Shown piece by piece: positions 1 to 11,285 of a stretch of DNA of 64,000 nucleotides. The position numbers and the translations under genes are program-made. The notes beneath the pieces are model-generated. The model made no database searches and was not told the origin of the DNA. It saw only the letters and a program-made list of their open reading frames with translations. The stretch lies in NCBI RefSeq assembly GCF_009914755.1, contig NC_060931.1. One strand, written 5' to 3'. Numbering within the stretch: position 1 is the stretch's first letter; every line of letters begins with the position of its first letter. The stretch is from the human T2T-CHM13v2.0 reference genome, Homo sapiens.

Positions 1-189
1 GACCTCAACAGCTTAGAGGTCCTTACCTCATGGAAGGACTGAAACCTTAATTGCTAAAGGGTCTCAATATTCAATGATTTTACTTATTTCAGTTACTGTA
101 GTTTTCTGTGGAACTTTACTAATGAGAAAGGAAATACTTATAGCTACTCAGAGAACTTCCGACTTTTCGACATAGTCTTCCCATTCCCA

Positions 190-423
190 CTGTTAACAGC
201 AACCCAATTTCCCCTTGGTAATTGGGATCAGTCACTCTAGCCAGTAAAGTATTCCCTTATTTTCTAATTGGTTTACTGGAAAAAGGAGCACAGAATGCTT
301 AGCAAAGAGTGTAATATTAGAGTACAATAAAAACTTTGTTACATCCCCTTGTGAAAGCATTCGCCCCCTGGAAATGAAGACCCCCAAACAAGCGGAATTT
401 AAGGTTACCAGATCTGGAAGCAA
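190..423 (-). pseudogene. ERV-L dUTPase remnant downstream of integrase
   Basis: ORF 232..423 (LPDLVTLNSACLGVF...) resembles the ERV-L post-integrase sequence; after a frameshift, VTDPNYQGEI matches dUTPase motif III (GVIDxDYxGEI). Confidence 0.8.
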
Positions 424-436
424 AAATTTGACGTGT

Positions 437-490
437 CAAACCTGCACGTTGTGCACATGTACCCTAAAACTTAAAGTATAATAAAAAAAA
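437..490 (+). mobile_element. Extremely 5'-truncated L1PA 3' end (~54 bp) with TSD
   Basis: CAAACCTGCACGTTGTGCACATGTACCCTAAAACTTAAAGTATAATAAAAAAAA; TTTGACGTGT repeated at 427-436 and 493-502. Confidence 0.9.
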
Positions 491-1426
491 TTTTTGACGT
501 GTAAAATAAAGTAAAATAGTGAGGGAAACCTTTTCCACTTCCATCCCTTGATTCTTAGACCCATGTATTTTTGCTATAGGAGAGACAGAACCATGTAATG
601 GTCTCTGATATAAAATATGTACTGCATCCTATAAGACTCCTGTTCTATCATGTGTTTTTAGGACATTGACTCTTAACTGACACAACTCTTATCTTTATTA
701 AGCCATTCCAACCTTCAATGAGGCCAAGCACTTCTGTGTGATAGGGTACACGGGAAGGCCTTTTAATTACATAGGCAGACGCCCATTGTTGCACTTCCTT
801 AGCATTGCAATTAGTTAATTGATTAGAAGTGATGCTGTTAATACAATTACATTATTACTGGACATATTCTGGGATATGCATTTCCCTTTCCCATCTGTAA
901 TACTGTGTCAGTATTACCATCCATGGACTTGTGGAATATCTTAACCACCATCATGTTACCATTGAAGCTTCATGACCATGCAATTAATTGCCACTATGGC
1001 CACTCTGTTCATTAACCCATTGAGTAATCACTGGAAAACCCTGGCATGACTTGGGCAAGAGGCTTATTGACATCCACAGAACGTGCAGTGTTGTCCACTG
1101 CAGGAGCATCTCTGGGCGAACATTCAAATAGAACATGAATATCTTCACTATCTACTCATTCTGAGCAGCTCATGAACACATTTCTTCCCTAGACTTCCCT
1201 ATCACCAACTTTCTAATCCTAATCCTTCCCATCCATCACTATCCAGCCAAACCAATAGCAAGCATACATGAATCCATTAAAAATCATATTTCTGGCCATA
1301 TTTATTTCAGAAAACATGGGCTACAAAATGTACCACTTGAAAATCTTCCCATTGGGAGTGTTTTTCTTCACTCCAGTCTTTCTGAGGTACAGTTTGAGAG
1401 AGAAGCAACTGTCCACTTTCAAATGG

Positions 1427-1553
1427 TAACAGCATATCTTGCAGAGCGGATTATAATTATAACAGCCTATATTATAACAGAATATCTTGCAGAGCTGATT
1501 ATAATTGTAACAGCATATATTATAACAGAATATCTTGCAAAGCTGATGATAAT
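1427..1553. repeat. 48-bp tandem repeat, ~2.6 copies
   Basis: Units begin at 1427, 1475 and 1523 (TAACAG(C/A)ATATCTTGCAGAGC(G/T)GATTATAATT...). Confidence 0.9.
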
Positions 1554-2637
1554 AAGGGTTTTCTTTCTTCCCCTTTTATCAACTGGTTATAAAAACAAAC
1601 TCTCCATGAAACCAAATGCATAAGCTTATATGGAAGAAGAGACAGAAAGAGTAGAGAAATCAGTGCCAAAGGGAAGTGACTTACTTGTACCGGGAAATTA
1701 TTTGTGCCTTCCAGACCTGCCTAAGCCTCATCTCTTATATACTATTTCCACTTGACGGATCATGGTGCACATGCCTAATCGTGTGGACATATGAATTGTT
1801 TATGATTATGATTAGCAGCTCAGGTCTCATTGTCACCTGAAGCCATATACTTACCTATTCATTCTCTACTGAAGCCCATTAGCAAATCAGCAGCAAAAAA
1901 CAAAAGGTGTGGGTTTTTCTTCAAGAAACCCAAAAGCTACTCAGAGATTCTCTGTTGGTTCTCGTTAGAGGTTCCATACAGAACCCCTCTTTGCCATAGA
2001 CATTTTCGCTATTATGCGGATCATAACGGCAAAGAGGGATCAGTTTGCATTATAACCTGAACTTGCTTAAGAGCCTTGCCTTGCTCTGATCAGCACTCAA
2101 ATCTGGCATCCTTAAAAGTGATTCAATAGATGGGCTGAAATAGCACACTTGAACATTGTATATGTTGCCTCCAAAAAAAAAATTGCCTTCCAGGCATTTC
2201 CCCTCTTATTTGATGGTAATATAAGTTGCCATGACTTTCTTTCATCTTTCCTGGAATAGCTTCACATTCCAGAGACTATTAGACCCCCTAAACTTCAGTG
2301 AAGTGGTAGATGTCTAAATGTTGGTGAGATTTATCTTTTACCCTTTGTTTTACATATAACTTGTCATGAAAATATTTAAAACTTTCATTAATTCTGGTTC
2401 AACATATCTAGTCATCCAAACATCATCAACGTGGAGGACCAGTGTAATATTGTGTGGAATGTCAACATGATTAAGGTCATTGTGAACTATTTTATGGCAG
2501 AGAGGAGAAAAGATGATGTAGCCATGAGAAAGGACTATGAATGTGTACCATTGGCTTTGCCAGGTAAAAGCAAACTGTTTTTGGTGATCACTGAAAATTG
2601 TTATGAAGAAAAAAGCAACAAGTAGAGTTAAAACTGA

Positions 2638-3033
<396 letters not shown>

Positions 3034-3170
3034 TAATTAAGTTTATGAAAACTTATAGTTTTTTGAGCTTTCTCCTGGAATATAAATGGAATAAAATCAA
3101 TTCTTTCTTCAGTTATTTCTATTATTTCTTTTTTTTTTAACAGATCCAGCTCTTGTACATAGATGGTCAA

Positions 3171-3464
3171 TTTTTTTTTCTTTTTCTTCTTCTCCCTTTT
3201 TTTTTTTTTTTTTTTTGAGACAGAGTGTCACTCTGTCACCCAGGCTGGAGTGCAGTGGTGTGACCTCTGCTCACTGCAACCTCCGTCTCAAGTAGCTGGG
3301 ATTGCAGGCACCTGCCACCATGATCAGCTAGTTTTTGTATTTTTAGTAGAGATGAGGTTTCACTATGTTGGTCAGGCTAGTCTCGAACTCCTGACCTCAG
3401 GTGATCTGCCCACCTCAGCCTCCGAAAGTGCTGAGATTAAAGGTGTGAGCCACTGCACCTGGCC
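3171..3464 (-). mobile_element. AluS (Sx/Sz-like) with ~30-35 bp internal deletion
   Basis: Reverse Alu lacking the GGGTTCAAGCGATTCTCCTGCCTCA segment at ~3288; TSD TAGATGGTCAA (3160-3170) / TAGTTGGTCAA (3465-3475). Confidence 0.95.
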
Positions 3465-3800
3465 TAGTTGGTCAAGTTTTAGACTTGTTTTCAACTTTCA
3501 TTTATCCATTTAATTTTCCATGTACATAATTACAGTCTTAATTATTACCCCTTTATAAAAATCAAATATGTAGCAATTTAAATAGCCACATACTATTCTT
3601 GTAAGTTTCAAAATATCTTCCCAGTCCTTTGTTCTTTTACATAAATTCTAGAATTACCTTTTCAAGTAAAAAAAATTACCTGCGGGAAGATTTGAAGATC
3701 GTATGTTTTTATGGATTGCTTGGGGATGATTAATACCATTTTAGTGTTTGGCATCCCCACCAATGTATTCACTCACTCAGGTTCTTTAAAAATAATCTTT

Positions 3801-4029
3801 TTGTTTGTTTGTTTATGTAAATATTTTCTTTTTTATTTATTTATTTATTTATTATTATACTTTAAGTTTTAGGGTACATGTGCACAATGTGCGGGTTAGT
3901 TTCATATGCATACATGTGCCATGCTGGTGCGCTGCACCCACCAACTCGTCATCTAGCATTAGGTATATCTCCCAATGCTATCCCTCCCCCCTCCCCCCAC
4001 CCCACAACAGACCCCAGAGTGTGATGTTC
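3801..4029 (-). mobile_element. 5'-truncated L1PA3-like 3'UTR (~200 bp) with compound tail and TSD
   Basis: TTATACTTTAAGTTTTAGGGTACATGTGCACAATGTGC...GTGTGATGTTC; TSD TAAAAATAATCTTT at 3787-3800 and 4034-4047. Confidence 0.95.
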
Positions 4030-4102
4030 ACTCTAAAAATAATCTTTAAAAATATTTGGAATAATCCAAATAAAGATCTTATACATACTTTATGTAAAGT
4101 CA

Positions 4103-4397
<295 letters not shown>

Positions 4398-5546
4398 TGG
4401 CAAATATAAAATCCATTATACTTATAATAGTGAGAAAGAATATAAAGCGCTCCCTTTTAAAATCTACTTCTCTTAAGGAAATACTGATAGTAGGTGGGCA
4501 TTTTAGTTGTCATTGCCTCTACTACTACCCTCATCTGCTCATATAAGGGAATTTATGAAGTAAAATTGTCACCTAGTTTGTGTGCAGATGTTTTCATAGG
4601 TTTTTGGGGTTTTCTATTTTAGCTGTGTATTTTACAGCATGATTTGGGGGTATTTAGAATCAATACCAGTACCATCATCTTCTCTGGTTCTCCTGTATTA
4701 GGATTGCTGAGGTGGGGTATTTGCTGGGGGAGAAAATACAGGCCACATTCTCTATGTGATGCTTCTGTATGTAGTTAATAACTTTGCAGAAGTCTTTGGA
4801 CCTCCAAAGTGAGTCCCACATAAAGTAATGTTAAGGAAACTTTACAGAGAAACATGGTCTCCGTATATATTTCCCTCCTCTCTCACACTGTGCCCAGTGG
4901 CTTCAGTGGGACACAGGGTGTTTTTTTGTTTTTTTGTTTTTAATTTACCAGTAATATCAATTTCTGGACCTAAGTGAGAAATTCAAGAATCGGCTTATGG
5001 GAAAAAAAAAACTAAATAAAAGTAGACTTATGATATCTTGATTTTGTCAAAAAAAGTATCTTATGTTGCTGTTTTTGTTTCTTCCCTGGCAAAAGCACTA
5101 TTTGTTATTTATATCCCAGTCATTATCACAGTGCCTGATAATTTAAGTAAATAAAATTAGATCTGACACGTTTTTTTTTTTTTTTTGCAGTGCCTCCTGT
5201 GTCCTAGGTATTATGCAAAGGGCTTCAGATATAAAAGCAAATAGGAACAACATGGTGCCTCTTATTTGATCTAATGAAATATTAATAGATTAATTTTGAA
5301 AATTCATCAGGCTCACAAGTATTGGTATTTGCCCCCTAATCTTCCCTCACCCTAATCAGAACTAGAAATCTATTACACAATGTTGTAGATCTCTACTCTA
5401 ATTCACACTTGCGTGTTTAATGCCATCCCCCTCACCGTACCCTCACAAAAGTGTATGTATGCTCATTGTACACAAAGCAGTGGACTTAGTCACTCTTTTT
5501 CTTTTAATAGTCATAGCATAGGGCTCAAACATTCAATATTTGCCAG

Positions 5547-5899
5547 TGTATTAGTCTGTTCTCACACTGCTATGAAGAAATACCTGAAACTGGGTAATTA
5601 ATAAAGGAAAGAGGTTTAATTGGCTCTCAGTACCACATTGCTGGGGCAACCTCAGGAAAATCACAATCATGGCGGAAAGCAAAGGAGAAGCAGGCACCTT
5701 CTTCACAGGCGGCAGGATGGAGTGAGTGGAAGGAGTGGAAATGCCAGAAGCTTATAAAACCATCAAATCTAGTGAGACTCACTCATTATCATGAGAACAG
5801 CCTGGGGGAAAACGTTCCCATGATCCTTGACACATGGGGATTATGGGGATTACAATTCAAGGTGAGATTTGGGTGGGAACGCGGAGCCAAACCATATCA
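5547..5899 (-). mobile_element. THE1/MST (ERVL-MaLR) solo LTR
   Basis: TGTATTAGTCTGTTCTCAC...GCCAAACCATATCA is the reverse complement of a THE1-type LTR; perfect 5-bp TSD GCCAG (5542-5546 / 5900-5904). Confidence 0.93.
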
Positions 5900-6045
5900 G
5901 CCAGCCTATTACATTAATGTAAAGGAAGTAGCAACATCAAGCAAGAAATTACAATTAGGAATCAGAAGCAATAGGTCTTAATCTTCATTCTACTATTAAC
6001 TCATTCTTAAACTTTTAAAGCATCTTCGGTGGCACAGTTGATGGC

Positions 6046-6637
6046 TGTTGTGAAAACTTGGCTCTTCTCAGTTTAAAATAATTTGAACAAGAGACACACA
6101 GCCAAGGAGATGCAACATAGAGCAATTTATTGCAAAGGAGAATGAATGTTCTGAACGTTAGGTGCAGAATGGACAGTACACCCTGAGAGATTTGGGGTGG
6201 GCCCCTCATGAGGATGAGACAGCAAAGACTGGCACTAGGGAGACTCCCTTTATAGGAGTCTTACATGATTATTCATAAGGGGATGGGAAAGGGTGTTACT
6301 AGTAAGCATGTTCTGGGTGGTCCTCTGGGTGCACATTTGCCATAGCTGTACATGCTTGTTCATACATTGCATGTCTCATTAGCATGTTAAATATCCACCC
6401 AGGTTTTTTTTTTTTTTTTTTTTTTTTTACTATTATCATCAGCAAAGGGTCAGCTTGAGGGCAGGTTAAATCAAAATACGCATGCTCTCTACAGGGGAAG
6501 TCCCCTACTGGAGACAGCTTACTTGAATGAGCTTCAATACAGTGAAAATGCTGGGACTTACTGCATTGATGGTGTGGACTCCACGGTTGCCACATCCAAA
6601 GGACATGATCACTTCCTTGACTATCTAGCCTGCGTCA
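6046..6637 (-). mobile_element. ERV1-class solo LTR (MER61/LTR9-like; subfamily uncertain)
   Basis: Minus strand starts TGACGCAGGCTAGATAGTCAAGGAAGTGATCATGTCC; it carries ATGCTAAT (~6378-6385), a TATA-like TATAAAG (~6248-6254) and AATAAA (~6127-6132) in LTR order. Left boundary uncertain. Confidence 0.75.
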
Positions 6638-6656
6638 GCAACTCTGAGGCCAAATT

Positions 6657-6814
6657 TATATTTATGTGTATATATACACACACACACACACACACATATG
6701 TGTATGTTTATGTTTATATTACATATTTTATATATGAGGCCATATATATATAATATAAACATATATGGCCTCATAAACATATATGGCCTCATATGTGTGT
6801 GTGTATACACACAC
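6657..6814. repeat. Compound (TA)/(CA)/(TG) low-complexity tract with inverted arms
   Basis: (CA)n at ~6676-6696 and (TG)n at ~6794-6804; TATGAGGCCATATAT opposite two copies of ATATATGGCCTCATA. Confidence 0.9.
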
Positions 6815-9062
6815 GGGGGGCATTTTCAACTAAATTATCTTTGAGAACATATCTCTAGCCTTCTGTTATCAATGTTTGATTGGCTTTGATATTGTTATCT
6901 CACACTTCTGGAAACTTGGAGTAAGGCACAAAATCATGTTGACTTTATTGGTAAAACAAATTAATAGCAATAGCTAAGATAAAAAAAGCAATATTAAAGT
7001 TATTTTTAAAATAACTAGTATAAAATGAATTAATGGTAAATGCTGAATTACGTATGTAGATACACATGTAAAATGGCATTCTAAAAACATGGGTTTTGGG
7101 ACAGATTAGGATTGTCAATATTTTCTGTTTTAAAGACCATTTAATTACAACTGACTTCAGATCTGTGTCACTCCATACTTTGACTTTCCAGCTAAAAGTA
7201 CTTTTTAGCCCCTACAATTAGTTAGTCAATGTGTGAGATGTTAGGGTACAACTGCAGAAATCTAACATTCAGACAAGGGAAGAGACTTACCTTGAGGTTT
7301 TCCTTTACTTTGTTGAATGAAGGGGGCATATTTTTGCATATTGACATATTAAAATGTGCTCATTGAAGGACATATATATCTGTATATGTATGGAGGATAT
7401 ATATTATGGAATATATATAGGTATCATATTTTATATATAATATTAATAAGACATTGGGAAGAAGAAGAGAGGCAAAGTCTAGGGAGTACTTCATATTTTT
7501 AAACAAGGTAGCAAAGCAAATAGTGAGAACAACTTGATGTATTAAGCTAGTAAGAAAATTGTACAGTGCATGTATTTTTAGGAAATTATATTTCAACTGT
7601 TGGGCATACAAAATGAAAAATAAATTTTAATGAAGTTTTTCTTAATTAAATTTTTCAAGCAAGATTTTAACAGCCATGTAGTTTGAAAGCCCCAAGCTGT
7701 TGGTTAAAATTTATTAGGTTATCAAGTTCCTTTTATATCTAACACTCAGTGATTATAGAGTATCATCAGATTTTTAGTCTGTCTCCTTAACTGACGTTTT
7801 GTGTTGCTTCACACATGAAAAGCTTATAAAAATATGTTCTTAGGACAAAGAGTGAACATGGTGAAATAGTATCTTTTCTGTGTAAAGTGTTCTATATATT
7901 TCTTTATAGACAGAACCTCTTACAAGAGATAAAATTGCTGATTTTATCTGAAGAACATAAACACAGACATGTACACAGGCATACACACAAACACACACAC
8001 ACATCTGATTTCAACATTGTCCCCCACAAAGACCAGTAAACTATCTTTTTCTTAATTAAATAACACCTGGACTGTACTTAAATAATAGTGATATTAATGG
8101 TGACCCAAAAAGGTATAAGTAATATTTATATTTTTTATGAGTGTACATATCAAAGCAGTGTCATCACATTACATATTCTTGAATTCAATATTGATTACAT
8201 TAAATCATCCTGAATACAATGGATACATTCACATACTTTTATTGAAAATATCTTTTCAGCTAAAACTCATGGCCCACAAAGTATTTGAAGTTTATCTTTA
8301 TTTTACATAAGAAACCTTAAATTCTACAAAATATTAAAAAGAACCTTAACATACCCACTCTTGATACGAGGAAAAAATAGGACAAGATGAATGGGAGTTT
8401 AGAAATGCAATCAGATACATACAAGGAACACAGGACAAGAATAATTTAGACTGTCACAAAGCCATGAGACTGCCTTTTTGTTTCTCCTTGAGGATGAATA
8501 CATTACGAAGGATTAGTAATGCCATAGAAATTGGATCCTGAGGAGAATGTCACCACCTCTTTGACAATAACTAGCTTTCAGAGCTGAACACAGTGAATCT
8601 GGATACTGTGTATATGTTTAAATGAGTTAGGAAATGACATCACATTATTTATTTCTTCTTTTGTGACTTAGTAAATTGACTTGGCCTATAGTACCGACTT
8701 GTGATTTTTATCCAAAGAGGTATTCAGTTGTGTTCATAATGCAGCATAAATGTTCACCTTGATTTTGTGGAAGTTGCACATCTTTTCGTAGAAATCTATT
8801 TTTAGTAACAATTCTTATTTGCCTAAACATGTGCCAGGAAACTTATGATTAGTGTTTTTCAAACTCTGTAACAACAGCAACAACCACCAAAAACTCTACC
8901 AGGTAGTTTTGTATGGCTTTTAGTATCAGCGTAGTATCTGTATTATGTGCCCATTAGAATTTTTAACATCCAATGATAAAGTAATTTTCTATAAAATAAT
9001 CTATTTCCAAAAAACAGAGGAAAAAATAAAACCTCAATACAGTAAATTAGAGGTCAAAATAT

Positions 9063-9375
9063 GGTTCCACAATTGATTATTCACAATTCCAAAATCAGAA
9101 AAATACTCCAAAAACTTAAAATATTTCCACAAGTTCTGCATAAACTTGTTTGGGGACAAAACTTGACCTGAAAGATATTAAACTGTAAGTGTTCTTTATT
9201 TATGTGAATATTCAAATGTTTTGCTACAGAAATATCAAAGTGTTTCATTACATGATGTAGCCTCAGGCTCTTCAAGGGTAGTATGCAGCATATGGGTTGT
9301 ATTACCTTTTCAAAATCTAAAAAACTTTGGATATACTCATAACCCAGTTTCAGGGCTTCAAATAAGGGATTTTTG
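9063..9375 (+). mobile_element. MER46C-like (TcMar-Tigger) MITE
   Basis: GGTTCCACAAT...AAAACTTGACCTGAA...GTGAATATTCA...TATTACCTTTTCAAAATC...ATAAGGGAT matches the recalled MER46C layout. Confidence 0.75.
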
Positions 9376-9983
9376 AAAAACCCACATCATAATTGCTGAT
9401 TGATTCTGTGTGAAAATCATGATGGGAAATATTGGTAAGTCATACTTTGAGAGAAACATCAGACTGAATTAATGTGTAGTCCAAGGACTAGAAGATTATG
9501 ACTCAAAAATTCTAGATTTCATTTATGAGCAAGGACTGGGTTTGGGCTGAGGTGCTTAAATGACATGATGGTAGATTCCGTTAAGGGACCCTGCACCTAA
9601 ATAAGATATTCTGATGTGTGTTTCGTTTCACAGGTTTTAGGTAAGAGAAATACTGAGATGAAATCATCCTGAGTTGTCCTCTCTCTATCAATCTCTTTAG
9701 AGAAAACTGTTTTCCACCAGAAAGTAAGCAATAGTCTCATCCCTAAAGTCCAAAGATAAGCTTTTGTGCTTCTAAACTCCTGTGAGCTTCAAGAGTGTAC
9801 ATAGTACACATTTCTGAGCAGACAAAAAGAGTTAGAGATACCAAGTGAGACTTCATCAATCCTTCTGCTGGTAACAACAGTCTTGGCAAAAGCATTAATC
9901 ATCCACTTGCAGGTAGCAACCATCTGGAGCAGCGATGGACACACCTTTTGGTGTGAGATCAAAACCTTTGATCAGAACCTTTT

Positions 9984-10095
9984 GATCTGAGACGGAACAG
10001 TTTTATCCCCAAACCATCCACCCCCACAACCCATCTGTGGAAAAATTGTCTTTCACGAAATTGGTCCCTAGTATCAAAAAGTTTGGGGACTGCTG
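9984..10095 (+). mobile_element. MER1 (hAT-Charlie) terminal fragment
   Basis: GATCTGAGACGGAACAGTTT...GTGGAAAAATTGTCTTTCACGAAATTGGTCCCT...GTTTGGGGACTGCTG. Confidence 0.85.
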
Positions 10096-11177
10096 TGTTA
10101 AGGGGTTCTACTCACCAAAGTAAAGCCACAGTCAAAAATACCTTGAGGGAGAGCAAAGACCTGACTTCTGGTCATCTAAGAATGCCTGAAACTACAAAAT
10201 GCATTTTCTCATTCATTTAAAAAAGATTAATTGAATTCAGTGACTATGCTCATGATAGAATTTTGATGCTAAAATCATTTTAAAAGATGAAAAACTAAAT
10301 TTTATGATAATGCAAAATGTTTAAAATATTTAAATCTATATCATCAGCATAAATGGCATAGCGACTCAAATTAACCTAAACTTATTGGCAAAAAGAGTCA
10401 ATAGAGATCTAATCAAATAATGATATATAATTGTTTTCATATTCATTTAAATAATTTATATTTAAATGTTTCCCAATTATCTTAAAATATTATTTCCTGA
10501 AATAATACTTTTAAGAATAGATTTGTATCCATTTTATCAGATTATTTTATCTTCTCCTAAAGCTTTGTATTACTGAAGCATTAAACTTATGAATGGTCAC
10601 AAATTTATGCAAAGTGAATTAGATAACTTCTCACAGAGCATCTTTTATATACTATACTAGGGAGATACAAACAAATAAAATATGTCCCCTTCCTTTAAGG
10701 AGCTCACAGTCTTCTCAGGAGAAAATAATCATGCAAATATTAGAGTAAATCCAAGGGAAGTTATAAATGCTATGAAAATACAAATAAGTAGATTCTCTTA
10801 ACGAATGTGCAGAAATGTATACATTTTAAGAAATGTTCATTGCACCTTACTCTATTCCATGTATACATATCAAACTAGTATTTTTATAGTTTTTATATTT
10901 TATGATCTGTATTATATTCTCTGTAATACTACTACCAACATGTTTCCTTTCTCACTGAGTGCTGTTCTTTATATGTTTTTATTAGCTGAAATGTATTAAA
11001 TAGGAATTTATTTTAAGTATTTTTGCTGAAGTAATAGCAAAATTCAAAGTTTGTTTATTCAATTTAGGTTATGAGTGGACTATCTTGGCTTTTTCAAATG
11101 ATCAGAAATTTCAAACTTTTGTAGGTTTCATGCATTCAAATTTTTGGATAATTATAAATTTTGTTGGGAAAAATGCA

Positions 11178-11285
11178 TGCCTTCCACCAGGTGCCTTCCA
11201 CCAGGTCCCTCCCATGACAAGTGGGGATTAAGGGATCTACAATTCACGATGATATCTGGGTGGGGGACACAGCCAAACCATATCA
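11178..11285 (-). mobile_element. THE1 LTR 5' fragment (~100 bp)
   Basis: CCACCAGGTCCCTCCCATGACAAGTGGGGATT...GGGGACACAGCCAAACCATATCA; 14-bp tandem duplication at the truncation point. Confidence 0.88.

Larger units (their letters stand above)
1..2600 (-). mobile_element. Ancient ERV-L (class III) internal region: degenerate pol with RT, RNase H, integrase and dUTPase
   Basis: Manual minus-strand translation: RT DHQKQFAFTWQSQWYTFIVLSHGY...ITLVLHVDDVW (~2590-2410); RNase H SARYAVTI*KWT (~1445-1410) and DSCMLAIGLAG (~1275-1240); integrase VPYHTEVLGLIEGWNGLIK (~752-695) and YQRPLHGSVSPIAKIHGSKNQG (~610-545); dUTPase RVTDPNYQGEIGLLL (~238-195). Stops and frameshifts elsewhere. Confidence 0.9.

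Noticed and set aside
1427-1553. Regularly spaced direct repeats as a possible CRISPR-like array
   Set aside because: Head-to-tail tandem units without unique spacers, in primate DNA with no cas genes.
9620-9730. Possible plus-strand micro-exons (CACAG|GTTTTAG|GTAAGA and TCTTTAG|23 nt|GTAAGC)
   Set aside because: Lengths of 7 and 23 nt are not frame-preserving and no host gene is evident; compatible with chance.
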